A stretch of 64,000 bases of DNA from Chiloscyllium plagiosum (GCF_004010195.1 NC_057719.1:85052558-85116557), one strand, 5' to 3'; counted from the first letter of the stretch, positions 14,229 through 27,520 are shown. Notes: a model not told the origin generated them from the letters alone. Translations and numbers: made by a program.

Positions 14229-14946
14229 TGTAGGATTTTGTGGGATATAGGTAAAGTAGTGTTACTTCTGCAATCATAATTACTTATGCAAGGTAAATGA
14301 ACTCACGCCAGTGTATAATTGTTTCAGCCAAGAGCTGAGTCAACAAGAATTAAAACTATGTGAAGGAAACACATAATTGTTTTTGTATTAGCTAAAATAT
14401 GCATGCAAGAGTTAAATGTGCCTGCAAACAATGGTAGATGTTACAGACAAATAGATAAGGTGCTGTTAGGGGAGGGGGTTAAGCTAGATATGCCTGTACA
14501 AACAGTAGTTAAAAGCATCTGTTTCCCGCTTCTGCAAAAACAAGAACAAACTACAATCAAGAAGTCATGAGGTCATAAGAATAGATGGTAGTGAAGAAGG
14601 ATATACCTAACAATGGCCCACAGCAGGATGTGGTCAAACGGCCTTGTGAGGCCAGAAATAAGCATTTTGTCACAGACAAGGCCGGATAAGACAAGAGAAA
14701 AACAAGAGTAATGGGCGCTGGTCTTAGAGAGATGAGAGATGTAAACAGGGCAGGAGCAATGGGATGAAATAATAGGAATCAAATTACATAAATGTTGTGT
14801 ACTAGTTGAATTCAGTGTGTGTGTGTGTCCCTGCCTTGTGGGCAGTGGATGCCACACCCTCTTGCAAGAGTGTAATAAATGATACTACTGATTCAGATCT
14901 TGTCTCGGACTGAAATTATTAAAGTGAGTGAGCTTCGTTTCTCACA
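14229..14946 (+). mobile_element. Probable solo LTR
   Basis: TG...CA ends (tgtagga / tctcaca), TATA-like tacataaa (~14785), aataaa (~14874); no clear TSD. Confidence 0.45.
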
Positions 14947-15718
14947 ATTTCAAGAAGTTGGAGCACTTGGAGTAAAGCGTTCAAAAGGATATGGGGGAAA
15001 AGCAGGAATAAGCTACTGAGTTCGATGATCAACCATGATCATAATGAATGGTGGAGCAGACTTCAAGAGATAAAAGACCTACCCCTACTTCTATTTTCTA
15101 TGTTTCTACGATGTAGGCTGTCATCAGGTCTGAGGGATTCATCAACATTCAGTCTTCGACTTTTAACAAATATTAATTTCTTTCACTTCCCCTCACTCAA
15201 CCTGTGGATCCCAATTATCTCGGAGAGATTTTTTGTGTCTTCCTTTGGGAAGACAGATACAAACTACTTAGTAGGCTTCTCTGTCATCTCTCTGTTTGCT
15301 ACTTTGAATTCTGCTGTCTCTGACTATAATAGACACAGACTTATCTTTGCTAATCATTCCCTTTTTATATCTCTATAGAAGTTCTTATAAACTAACAAGA
15401 AACATTAGATTGTATCATATTCTATTACTTCTTCCTCTATCAATTTGTCAGTTGGTCCTCCTTTGCTGAATTCTAAAATTCTCCCAATGCTCAGAATATT
15501 TTTTTAAGCAACTTCTATCCCCCTCTAATCGAACACTATATTTAACTTGTTTGATGTGGCTCTCATGCTTCCTGTTGAACATTTTTCCATTAAAGTAATA
15601 TGTTTTAAAAACCAACCATTATTTATTTAAATGATATCAATTGTCCATTTACAGTCAAACTTCTAATATATTTTTTTCAAACCAAGTCACCACTGCCAAC
15701 TTCCTCCTCATACCTTCA

Positions 15719-15990
15719 TTACTATCCTAGTTTAGACTTAGAGGACAGAGTGAGGACTGCAGATGCTGCAGATCAGAGTCAAGATTGTGGTGCTGGAAAA
15801 ACACAGTGGGTCAGGCAGCATCCGACGAGGAGAATCGACTTTTTGGGCAAAATAGATGCCCGAAACATCGATTCTCCTGCTCCTCGAGTGCTGTCTGGCC
15901 TGCTCTGTTGCTCCAGCACAATAATCTTGACTCTGATCTCCAGCATCTGCAGTCCTCACTCTCTCCTCTGAATCTAAACTAGGATAGTAA
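15719..15990. repeat. Fold-back palindrome of two Penelope terminal-repeat fragments plus inverted flank
   Basis: The left arm is the near reverse complement of the right arm; the ORF track shows mirror-image peptides on both strands. Confidence 0.9.
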
Positions 15991-16616
15991 CTAGTTTAGA
16001 TTTAGATCCTAGTTTCAGATTGAATAACAAATTTTCAAACTTAATGGAAAAATCTATCATACTATGGTCAAGATTGCTTAAGATTAAATCCAAAATAGCC
16101 TATGCCTGAGTTGTTTTCTCAATGTGTTCCTCCAGAAAACTATTTCAAACATATTCCAGGAATTCTTCATCAACAGCATTGGTGCTCAATAACATATTTA
16201 TCAAGATTATATGTAGTTTGAAGTGACCCATAATTGCTGCAAAGAATCAAATTTCCTTTTAAAAGTTGTCGCTGAATCAGTTTTCACCACCAACAAGACA
16301 GTGTATTCCAAATCATAGCAACCCATTGTATAAAATTTATTTTCTACACATCCCTTCTGGTTCTTCTGCCAATTTCTTAAACCTATGTCCTTTAGCTACT
16401 GACTTTTCTGCCATGGGAAAAACTTTCTGCTGAGTCACTACAACAAAGCTGTTCACAATTTTAAATACTTATACAAAATTTGTCTCTCATTTTCTCTGAT
16501 TTAAGAACAACTTGTCTATATTTGTAAAGCTATGAATCCTGTAAGTTTTAAAAAGCCTTTTCAACTGTCTTTGCACCTTCAAAGAACGATATATCTCTAC
16601 TCCAGGTTTATATGTT

Positions 16617-17500
16617 ATAGAGTCATACAATATGGAAACAGATCCTTTGGTCCAACCAGTCCACGCCAACCATGTTTCCAAACCAAACCAGTCCCACTTG
16701 CCTGTGTTTGGCTCATATCCCTCCAAACCGCATTTATCCAATGTCTTTTAAATATTGTAAATGTACCTGGATCCATCACTTCCTCTGGTAGAGTCATACA
16801 ATATGGAAACAGATCCTTTGGTCCAACCAGTCCACGCCAACCATGTTTCCAAACCAAACCAGTCCCACTTGCCTGTGTTTGGCTCATATCCCTCCAAACC
16901 TTTCCTATTTATGCATTTATCCAATGTCTTTTAAATATTGTAAATGTACCTGCATCCATCACTTCCTCTGGTCGTTCATTCCATATACAAATCCATCACT
17001 TCCTCTGGTCGTTCATTCCATATACAAACTACTGTGTAAAAGAAAAAATTGCCCCTCATGTCATTTTTAGATCTTTCTCCTCTCACCTTAAAAACATGCC
17101 CCCTAGTCTTAAACATCTCCACTCTATGGAAAAAGACAGTTGCTACTCATTTTATCTATACCCCTTGTGATTTTATAAACCTCTATAATGTCACCCTTCA
17201 ACCTCCTTAGGCTCCAGTGAAAAAGCCCCAGCCTGTCCAACCTCTCCTTACATCTCAAACCCTTCAGTCTCCGCAATGACCTTGTATATCTTTTCTGAAT
17301 CCACTTCAATCTATTAATATCCTTCCGATAGCAGAGTGAGCAGAACTATACATAATACTCCAAAGAGGGCCTCACCAACATCCTGCACAACCTCAACGTA
17401 ATGTCCCAACCTCTATTCTCAATGGTCTGAGTAATGAAGGCAAGCGTACTAAATGATTTTGTAACCACCCTGCCAATCTGTGACACAAATTTCAAAGAAA
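16617..17500 (-). mobile_element. CR1 3' fragment with internal 171-bp tandem duplication
   Basis: Repeated unit starting at 16618 and 16789; CR1 ORF2 C-terminal peptides. Confidence 0.88.
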
Positions 17501-20500
17501 TATGTGCCTGAGGCGGGAATTGAACCAGGGTCTCTGGCGCTGTGAGGCAGCAATGCTAACCACTGTGCCACCGTGCCGCCCACTAAGAAGCTATTCAATT
17601 TAACTAGTCCCACCGCCCACTAAGAAGCTATTCAATTTAACTAGCCCAGATCTTTTCCCCACAGTCCTGTACCATTTTTCCTTTCAAGTAGAGAAAGAAT
17701 TTTCTTTCTGCCTTCTAGGTTCTTACTGGGAATGTGTCACCTGTACTTTGATGGGGAATGTTGAAACCCTGTGTAAGGGGGGGGAGCACAGTTCTGTCAG
17801 GAGCAGGAACATGGGCCTGTGACACATCCAAAGTGTGTGTTGCCAAACTGATCAAGATGCAGTCCCTGTACACACCATGCAGACTGCAAGCTGCTGACCA
17901 AGAATATAAAATGTATTTCTGGTGCATGCAGACTCGATGCAGTGAATTTTAACTGGGGCCAGGGGATGTATTGCCAAAGAAAACATTGATGGCAACATAA
18001 AGCATATTTACATCATTACATCATAAACTGATGTTTGACACTCTGCAGAAGTGGGAAAGGTATCAATCTGAAACACTCACAAACAAGTTCTCTTGACATC
18101 TGATTAATTACTGGAAACTTTATTTCTCCCAGGGCACATTCATTTCATTTACTAATGATGGAATGTTACAGTTAATGGATGGCTCTGGTAGCTTTTTTTT
18201 CTTTGGTGTAACTCCTTGTAGCTCTTTGACCTTGGCAGAAATGAATCTTCAATGGCTTTCACAACGGGATGAGCTCTAAGAGACTTACAAAGTGGTTTTG
18301 AAACTGTTTCCCATGCAATGCTGCTTTCTTTTGGTTCTGGCTATTTAAAGGAACATCATCTTTGGAAAGAGGCAATACAGACTCTATGGAAGGGACAAAT
18401 CTCTGTCTTTCAGTGCTGTTCACAGTGTGACTATACATACCGGTGAACAAGGGTCATCGTGTAACTCTGTCAGTTTGAAAAGGACAAAGTGAAAAAATAG
18501 GGCCATGGCATGAAGCAAACAGCTCTTTGTGTTTGTGAGAGAGGGACAACAGCTATACTGGACCAAATGGGGGAAGGGCAGTGAAATGGAAATAAATGGA
18601 GACCAAAAACCATCCTCTCTGCTCAGTGATTGGAGTGGTAGCCATACTCCCTGACTATTGCATGATGTTGGGGACTTCCAGCTTGGATAGAGTGGGTCTG
18701 AAGGTGATAGGTTCAAAGCCCCACTCTGAATACTCAAGGGCATGCACATGGCTGGTGTTCTTGTTGAGTATAGAGGGAATCTTTCAGGGTTAAACCAAGG
18801 TCTGATCTCCTCTCCTAAAATGGAAGAGGAAGATCCCAAGGAACTATTCCAAGAAGAGCAGGGAGTTATCCCTTGGTCTCCTTACAACCTTTCTCTCATG
18901 CAATATGAGAAGAACAGATAACCAAAACACTGTTGTGTATAGTTTCTCGCCAAAGAAGTTGTAATTGGCTGCTGGCTGGGAAATGGAGAATGAGAATTGC
19001 TGGAACATACAACAGTCCTGACCTTGTCGATCTATCTTGTTGGTACATATTCCTATCCATGGCATAATTCTTGTCACCACTCAATTGGCACCAGTGCTGG
19101 CGATCTTTGAAAATATAATGCCTTTGTATTGTTTATGATCCAGCCACCTCCTGTACACAGCTTAGCAGCCAGATTTCATCCTGCCTCCTGCCCATTACCC
19201 CCAGTGCAATCAGAGAAAGGATGCCATTTCCTGTGTGCGCGTGTGTGTGAGAGAGAGAGAGAGAGACAGACACATATACACAAAGAAATTGGTGTGTGTG
19301 TGAGAGAGAGAAACAAAGAAATGGGTATGTGTGAGAGAAAGAGAAAGAATTGGTGTGTGTGTGTTTGGCTTTTAGCTAAGGCCATTGGACTATTGAACTC
19401 TCTGTTTCTCCCTCTCAGATTAGCACACTGGGAGGTGAAAACACACTGACAGACTTCAAACAGGAAATGGAGATTTCAGGTGGGACGATCATTTGCAATG
19501 GCAGTGGGATCAAAGGAGTGGTCTGAAAGGGTACTAGCAACAGGTAAGAAGAGGAGGCAAGAATTCTCAAAGATAGTTCTTGAATCATCCTTTAACACTG
19601 TACCATTTTGTCTGCAATTCATACTTTTCAACATTAAACTTTATCTGCTACATGTGTCTCCAGTTAAGTCTGCTGTGGTCCTCCTGACTATTCACTACAT
19701 TTTTTACTTTTGCATCATCTGAAAACTTTGAAATTGTGCCCTATATACCCAAGCCCAGGTCATTCATAAAACATCAAATAAGCAATGGTACCAACAATGA
19801 CTCCTGGAAGACATAAGCACATGAATCCTTCTGAGCTGAAAAATTCAGCATCTGCTTTATATTCTTTAACTAATTTTATATCCATTCAATCACTGCCCTT
19901 TCATGGGTTTCAATTTTGCTGACAAATCCAATGGAACTTTAGACAAAAGATTTTTTGAAAGTCCATACTGTGTACAGAACATGAACAGCATTATCCCACC
20001 AGTTTTCTCTGATACTTCATTAAAGATCTCAATAAGTTAGTTAAACAAAATTTGCTTCAACAAATCCATATTGCTTTTCATTTACTGGCTTGATTTTTGC
20101 TAAATTAGGATTAATTTGGTCCTGGACTATTATAATTCTCCCACCACTGATATTAGGCTGACTGGTCTTCAGATAAAGTTACAACATAGTTGCATCACAA
20201 TAAGATGCTATTTGACTTATGGAGCTTGTGGTGACCTTTTGCAAGTGTTAATCCGACTACCTCCCATTCTCTTCAGAGCCCTGGATACTTTCTTTCTTCA
20301 GATATCATTCAATTGCCTTTAGAAAGCAACGATTCAGGCTGCTCTCACCACATTGTTCAAAAGGCACTCCAGACCAAAAAAAAAGTTGTGCATAAGATTA
20401 TCTCATATTGGCTTTGGTTCTTCAGCAAATCTCTTTAAATATGGCTCCTTTGGTACTCAACCTATCTGCCAACGAGAACACTATCTATCTAGTGTCTAGA

Positions 20501-21100
20501 CCCATTATTATACTGAATATCTCTATCAAGTCTTCTTGTTAAGGAGAGCAACTCCAGCTTCTCCAGTTTATCTCCATAATTGGATCACCTCTTATAAATC
20601 AGTTCTGCGGCCTCTCTTCAAGCCTTCACGTGTGTCCTAAAGAATTGGATAAAACACTCCAGGTGATGTCACCTGGCATATGGTTTTTGTTGTTGGAGCT
20701 CAATCATCTCAGTCCCAGAACAAGATCTTCCTCCAGACAGTGTCGCAAGCCCAACCACCTTCAGCTACCTCGTCAATGCCCACATCTTCATCATATGGTC
20801 AAAAGAGATGTTCAAGATGATTGCAAAATTTTCATCATCACTTGTAATTCCTTAGATACTGGAGCTGTCTTTATGCTGCCAGACCTGGACAATACGGGCC
20901 TCTTGCCACACTGTAGGGAATCTAATCTAATCTAATCTAAATACCCAGGCTGGGCTAATAAATAGCAGGCAATATTTGGACCACACAAAAGCCAGGAATG
21001 AGTATTGCCATGACAAGAGAAAACCTAACCATCTTCCTAAGGCATAACCTTTGCTGAATCCCACCTTATCAACATCCTGAGGTTATTTATCAGAAACTGA

Positions 21101-21310
21101 ACCGTGTCCGCGTGGGTTTCCTCCCACAGTCCAAAAATGTGCAGGTTAGGTGAATTGGCCATGCTAAATTGCCCGTAGTGTTAGGTGCAGGGGCAAATGT
21201 AAGGGAATGGGTCTGGGTGGGTGCACTTCGGTGGGTCGGTGTGGACTTGCTGGGCCGAAGGGCCTGTTTCCACACTGTAAGTAATCTAATCTAATGTAAT
21301 CTAATCTAAA
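21101..21310 (+). mobile_element. HE1-type SINE, 5'-truncated
   Basis: Matches the body and (taatc)n tail of 54994-55305. Confidence 0.85.
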
Positions 21311-22662
21311 TAATGTGGCTACATGAGCAAACCACAGGCTAGATGGTCTGTGGAAAATTCACTTCCTGGCTTTTTAAGAACTTGTTCACCAACTTCAAAG
21401 AGGAGTGTGATGGCATAATCTTAGCTCGTCTGGATGAATGTAGCTCAAGAAGTGCAAAACCAACCAGGACAAATCCTATCACATGATTGGCACTCCATCC
21501 AACATACTAAACATTCAGTCCCTCCAGCAGCATGTATCACCTGCAAGATACTCTGCTGCATCTGATCAAGACTATTGAAAGCTAGAGAGTATCAATTTCA
21601 GGTCAGAAGGGAAAGAATAAAAGGAAACCTAAGGGGCAACCTTTTTACACAGAGTGTAGTACTTATATGGAATGAGCCACCAGCAGAATTGGATTAACAA
21701 TATTAAAAAGGCATTTGGACAAATACATGGATAGGAAAGGTTTAGAAGGATATGAGCCAAGTGCAGGGAAACTGGGTTAGCATGGATGGACGTTTTGATC
21801 GGAATGGACCAGTTTGGGTTGAAAGGCCTGTCTCCAAGCTGTAGAACTCTATGACTCAACTGATAACACCTCCCAAACTAGTGACCTCTATTATCTAGAA
21901 GGACAAGGACAGTAGAAGCATGGGAACATGATGACCTATAATTTCCCCTCCAAGCCACACACCATCCTGATTTGGACCACATAACTGTTGTTGGGTCAAA
22001 ATCCTGAAACTCCCTTTACAACAGCTCTGTGGATATACCAATATCACTTCAACTGTACCAGTTCAAGGTGACGGCTAAACAGCATTTTCTCAAGGGAAAT
22101 TGGTGATGGGCAATAAATGCTAGCCGAGTCAGTGAAATCTGCATCCCATGGAGGTATAATTTTTTTTTAAAAATTGCTTTATAAAGTTTATCATAGCTCC
22201 CTTGTTTTTGTTTCTTCCAGCAGATACTGAGCCTTGGCAGCCCCACTGGGAGAGGCTGGTGCTGCTGAGAGATCAAAAGAGCACCTCACTATGGATATGC
22301 TTTTGCTGGCCTACAAATCAAACATCAACTAACTGACATCTAGATAATTTAGTTGAGTTGTAGGAGAATTCCTTTGATGTCTCACAGAACAAATGTACAC
22401 TTTAATTAGTGTAGCCTCATCAGTAAATCTATGTAGTCTTTGGCTCTAATAGCATTCCCTAGTCTTCTGTAAGGAAATCACATCTGCTGAGTGCTCAGCA
22501 CTGCATCAGATTGAGAGTCACTGCATCATAAGAAAAACGTCTGCAGGTGCAGAATTAACCCTATCAAGAGTCTTAACAGTGTAAATTTGCTCAAACAGAG
22601 AAAACTGGAGAAACTCAGTAGGTCTGACAGAATCAGTGGACAGTAAAAAGTTAGTGTTTCAA

Positions 22663-23710
22663 GGAGAAGACAGAGGGTAGTGATGGAGGGTTGTTTTTCA
22701 GACTGGACGCCTATGACCAGTGGAGTGCCACAAGGATCGGTGCTGGGTCCATTACTTTTCATCATTTATATAAATGATTTGGATGTGAGCATAACGGGCA
22801 TAGTTAGTAGATTTGCAGATGACACCAAAATTGGTGGTGCAGTGGACAGCGAAGAACGTTACCTCAGATTACAATGGGATCTAGTTCAGATGGGCCAATA
22901 GGCTGAGGAGTGGCAGATGGAGTTTAATTTAGATAAATGCGAGGTGCCGCATTTTGGGAAAGCAAATCTTAGCAGGACTTATACACTTAATGGTAAGGTT
23001 GTCTGGAGTGTTGCTGAACAAAGAGATCTTGGAGTGCAGGTTCATAGCTCCTTGAAAGTGGAGTCGCAGGTAGATAGGATAGTGAGGAAGGTGTTTGGTA
23101 TGCTTTCCCTTATTGGTTAGAGTATTGAATACAGGACATTGGTTAGGCCACTGTTGGAATATTGCATGCAATTCTGGTCTCCTTCCTATCTTGTGAAACT
23201 TGTGAAACTTGAAAGGGTTCAGAAAAGATTTATAGGGATGTTGCCAGGATTGGAAGATTTGAGCTACAGGGAGAGGCTGAACAGGCTGAGGCTGTTTACC
23301 CTGGAGCGTCAGAGGCTGAGGGGTGACCTTATAGAGAGTTACTAAATTATGAGGGGCATTGATAGGATAAATAGACAAATTCTTTTCCGTGGGGTTGGGG
23401 AGCCCAGAACTAGAGGGCATAGGTTTAGAGTGAGAGGAGAAAGATATAAAAGAGACCTAAGGGGCAACTTTTTCACACAGAGGGTGGTACATGTATGGAA
23501 TGCGCTGCCAGATGAAGTGGTGGAGGCTGGTACAATTGCAACATTTAAGTGGCATTTGGATGGGTATATGAATAGGAAGGGTTTGGAGGGATATGGGCCG
23601 GGTGCTGGCAGCTGGGACTAGATTGGATTGGGATATCTGGTCGGCATGGACGTGATGGACCGAAGGGTCTGTTTTCGTGCTGTACATCTCTACGACTTTA
23701 TGACCTTATG
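22663..23710 (+). mobile_element. 5'-truncated CR1 (RT and 3' end)
   Basis: SGVPQGSVLGP, FADDTKIG, CR1 3' UTR. Confidence 0.92.
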
Positions 23711-25246
23711 ACAATGAGATTCTCTTATGATCTCATCAAGTTCCACTAACATAAATTTGTGGGTGGTCCTCTACAATTTAAATTATTGTAATTTCATTGT
23801 ACTAAATTAGTTGGAATCGTAGAACAATCTAAAATCTTCAGTGTGATTTTATTGACATAGATTTATAATTAATCTTCAATTCTCAAATGATGCGGCTTGA
23901 ACTTGTATTATTTGGATCAGTTTTTAAGATCTCTTGATTACTAGTCCAGTAATATAACCATTAACTATCAAAACTTGATTAAAGGCTGGACACATGATTC
24001 ATATTTGAATTTGCTTTGTCCCGACTGTAAATTGGTTGTGTGAATGCACCCTTGTTCAATAACTGGTGCTTCAAAAATATTATTAGGTAGGACAGCAAAG
24101 TCCTGACAGTGTCACATGGTCTCATTATACTGCCCATAATATTTATTCAGAGGACAAAATGTGTGAAGTTTTTATTGCCAGTTTATTCCCCCTCATTATT
24201 ATATGATTCCAAGTTCTTTGTTATCTCAGACAAATAGACAGTCTTGTTAACTGTATAATAGTTAGCTTATTTCTGGGAGAAAAGGGTGGCATTGCTAATA
24301 CTAGCTCAGTTTACCAAGGCACTTTTACAGTATGTGTTGCCAAAAGCTTTAAGCAGTGAGATATATTTCATATGGGTTTCCCATACTGTAATTTATACGC
24401 AATTGAAACTATCTCTTTATAGAACATCTGGTCACATAACCAGAAAATTGCAGTAAAGACATTTTGCAGAGGAAGTGCAGCCTAATGAGAATATTAGTTG
24501 GTATTTGTTTATTTTTGTACAAATACATTTTATCAAATGCAAAATTATTTCATACTAATTTCTGCTCCCCTCCAATTCACTTTCCTCAGGTTTACATGAA
24601 CACTTTTTTTGATATACACTCTTCTTTGTCCCTGTATTTTACTCAATCTCTCCCTCCAACTCAAATCAGTATCTTCTTTCCTTTTTCTCCTTACATGTCA
24701 GCACCCTTCCTCCAACATCTTGTTGCTTATGGCTCCTAGGTGGTAGTGCTTAATCCAAGTGCTTAAATATCATGGAGTAGGAACTCACTGTTCATGTGTG
24801 ATTGGGAATTTCTAATTTTCTTTGATGCAGCAGCTTCATCAGGAATGTGCTGGATGGGGAATCTACAGCAAAATGGAAAATCATTCATCCCCAGCCGTGG
24901 AGGGCCAAATGTGATTGTTGTGACTCAGCATTTTTTTAAGGAAATCAATGAGAACAGTACAGTAATGATTTTTCATTTGTGATGGCCACCCTCAATATTC
25001 TGCAAAACAGGCAGATATTGAAAACTGCAGTATTTGGGAGACAGTTGCATATGCAAGTGAAACAGTTAGATATTACCTCTATCAGTGTCATTCTGTACCA
25101 ACATTCTGGATGAACATACGGCATGGGGATAATTCATGAAAAATATTTACTGCAATACCTATGATGCATTTTAACACTGAGATTAAAAGGAATAAGGTAA
25201 TGTGTGGGAGTTAAGATGTTCTACAACTAATGAGAAAGAGCAGCAT

Positions 25247-25568
25247 GATTAGATTAGATTAGATTCCCTACAGTGCGGAAACAGGCCCTTTGGCCCAACA
25301 AGTCCACACCGACCCTACGGAGAGTAACCTACACAGACCCATTCCTCTTCTCTATATTTACCCCCGACTATGGGCAATTTAGCATGACCAATTCACTTAA
25401 CCTGCACATCTTTGGATTGTGGGAGGAAACTAGAGCACCTGGAGGAAACCCAATCAGACACTGGGAGAATGTGTAAACTCCACACAGTCAGTCACTCAAG
25501 GCGGGAACCGAACCTGGGTCCCGGGCACCGAGAGGCAGCAGTGCTAGCCACTGAGCCACCGTGCCACC
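25247..25568 (-). mobile_element. HE1-type tRNA-derived SINE
   Basis: Reverse complement of a head with A/B boxes; (gatta)n tail. Confidence 0.88.
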
Positions 25569-26199
25569 CATGTGGGGGCATGGAGAGCCGGCAGTTATGG
25601 AGAAGGATCCCACAGTCACAAGCTAATTCAACAAGTTGTGGAGATTGTTGTATAAACTTCAGGATTCACCTTTGCCCTCACTTCATTTTCAAAAAGATTT
25701 TCCCAGCATGGTTTCAAATGCTGACCAACTGCAATGCAGGGAATGTTGATTTCAAACACAAAGATAGATGCAGGCAAAACATAGTGCCATGCTGTGAAGA
25801 GCCTCTGGTTGTATTGATCTCACAGTTGAGAAAATACTTGAACACATTGTTCGTAGATAACTATTTAAGAACACCCAAGTTTCAAACATGCTGACAGAAA
25901 TATCAATATGAGTCTTGTACTGACGTCAAGCCTGTTCTGCTTAAATGCTTCCTTGAAACACAAAAGTTAATTTGCTCAGCAGGGCATCCATTCAGTTTTA
26001 ATCAGCGCCTTTATGATTTTTTTTTCTGAGAAAATGGTCAAGCATGCGTGCCAAGTCTCATAAGTGAACCAATATTTCACAACTAGGGAGAAAACATACC
26101 AAGAATTTAGCATTCATTTCCTTTTAAAAGGACCAGTAATTAAAATAAATCATTTTTGTAAAGTCATTGAATTTACAGGAAAGTTATCCAAAATACATA

Positions 26200-26967
26200 A
26201 AAGTGTGAGGTGATTCACTTTGGAAGGAGCAACAGGAATAAAGAATACTGGGCTAATGTTGAGATTCTTGGTAGTGTAGATGAGCGGAGAGATCTCGGTG
26301 TCTATGTACATAGATCCCTGAAAGTTGCCACCCAGGTTGATAGGGTTGTTGAGAAAGCATACGGTGTGTTAGCTTTTATTGGTAGAGAGATTGAGTTTTG
26401 GAGCCACGAGGTCAGGTTGCAGCTGTACAAAACTCTGGTGTGGCCGCACTTGGAATATTGCGTACAGTTCTGGTCACCACAGTATAGGAAGAACGTTGAA
26501 CCTTTGGAGAGGGTTCAAAGGAGATTTACTAGGATGTTGCCTGTTATGGAGGTAAGGTCTCATGAGGGAAAGCTGAGGGTCTTGAGGCTGTTTTCGTTGA
26601 GAGAAGGTTGAGAGGTGACTTAATTGAGAAATACAAGATAATCAGAGGGTTAAATAAGGTAGGCAGTGAAAGCCATTTTCCTTTATGGTGATGGCTAGTA
26701 TGAGGGGGCATAGCTTTAAATTGAGGGGTGATAGATATAGGACAGATGTCAGATGTAGTTTCTATACCCCAAGAGTAGTAGGGGCATGGAAAATACTGCG
26801 TGCAACAGTAGTAGACTCGCCAACTTTAAGGGCATTTAAATGGTCACTGGATAGACATATTGATGAAAATGGAATAGTGTAGGATAAATAGATTTTAGAT
26901 TGGTTCCACGGGTCAGCACAACATAGAGGGCTGAAGGACCTGTACTGTGCTGTAATGTTCTATGTTC
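26200..26967 (+). mobile_element. CR1 3' fragment
   Basis: RDLGVYVHRSLK, LEYCVQFWSP. Confidence 0.9.
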
Positions 26968-26977
26968 ATAAATAATT

Positions 26978-27520
26978 GAGGAGAAAGTTAGGTCTACAGA
27001 TGCTGGAGATCAGAGTCGAAGAGTGTGGTGCTGGAAAAGCACAGCCAGTAAGGCAGCATTCGAGGAGCAAGAGGATCGACGTTTTGAGCATAAGTCCTTC
27101 ATCAGGAATGAGGCTTGTGGTCCAAGGAGGCTGAGAGATAAATGGGAGTGGGGTGGGGCTGGGGGGAAGATGGGTAGAATGAAAGTGGGGATGAAGGTGA
27201 TAGGACTGGAGAGGAGGGTATGGTGGATAGGTGGGAAGGAAGATGGACATATAGGACAGTTCAAGAGGGTGGTGCCGAGTTGGAAGGTTGGATCTGGGAT
27301 AAAGTAGGGGAGGGGAAATAAAGAAACAGGTGAAATCCACATTGATCCTGTGTGGTTGGAGGGTCCCAAGGCGGAAGATGAGGCGTTCTTCCTCCAGGTG
27401 TCAGGTGGTAAGGATTTGGTGGTGGAAGAGGTCCAGGACTTGCATGCCCTTGGCAGAGTGGGAGGGAGAGTTAAAGTGTTCGGCCACTGGGCAGTGGGTT
27501 TGTTTAGTGCGTGTGTCCCA
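26978..27520 (-). mobile_element. Penelope-like element 3' part (GIY-YIG C-terminus plus terminal repeat)
   Basis: Minus strand reads HFNSPSHSAK..LEEERLIFRLGTLQPHRINVDF, followed by a ctgatgaagg..aaacgtc-containing terminus. This shows the abundant short repeat in the window is a PLE terminus. Confidence 0.85.

Larger units (their letters stand above)
11554..19150 (+). pseudogene. Intron-containing, decayed rhabdovirus-G-like (class III fusion) glycoprotein gene
   Basis: Exons 11554-11791, 17719-18059 and 18133-~19150 have AG/GT borders. The phase-1 join gives AIYCQ|GSYWECVTCTLMG. CISGACRLDAVNFNW (17912-17956) has the C-x4-C-x8-W spacing of VSV G CSNYICPTVHNSTTW. FISFTNDGML (18139-18168), LCQFEKDKVKK (18465-18497) and TGPNGGRAV..ING follow in VSV-G order, then a hydrophobic stretch near 19010-19070. 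Stops and frameshifts present. Confidence 0.65.
19420..25196 (+). pseudogene. Additional decayed plus-strand exons of unknown product (Cys/Trp-containing, N-glycosylation sequons)
   Basis: Exon-like blocks with pyrimidine-rich acceptors and GT donors at 19420-19542 (ctctcag|...acag|gtaaga), ~22221-22468 and ~24831-25196. The last reads ASSGMCWMGNLQQNGKSFIP...INENSTV and IENCSIWETVAY. Confidence 0.35.

Noticed and set aside
18420..18839. 139-aa minus-strand ORF
   Set aside because: Antisense shadow of the G-like exon; no recognisable motif.
19232..19365. (GT)/(GA) low-complexity tract as coding or LTR sequence
   Set aside because: Compound microsatellite; the ORFs across it are low-complexity artefacts.
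25412..25894. 160-aa plus-strand ORF
   Set aside because: Starts within an antisense SINE; the unique part is more plausibly antisense to the last L-like exon.
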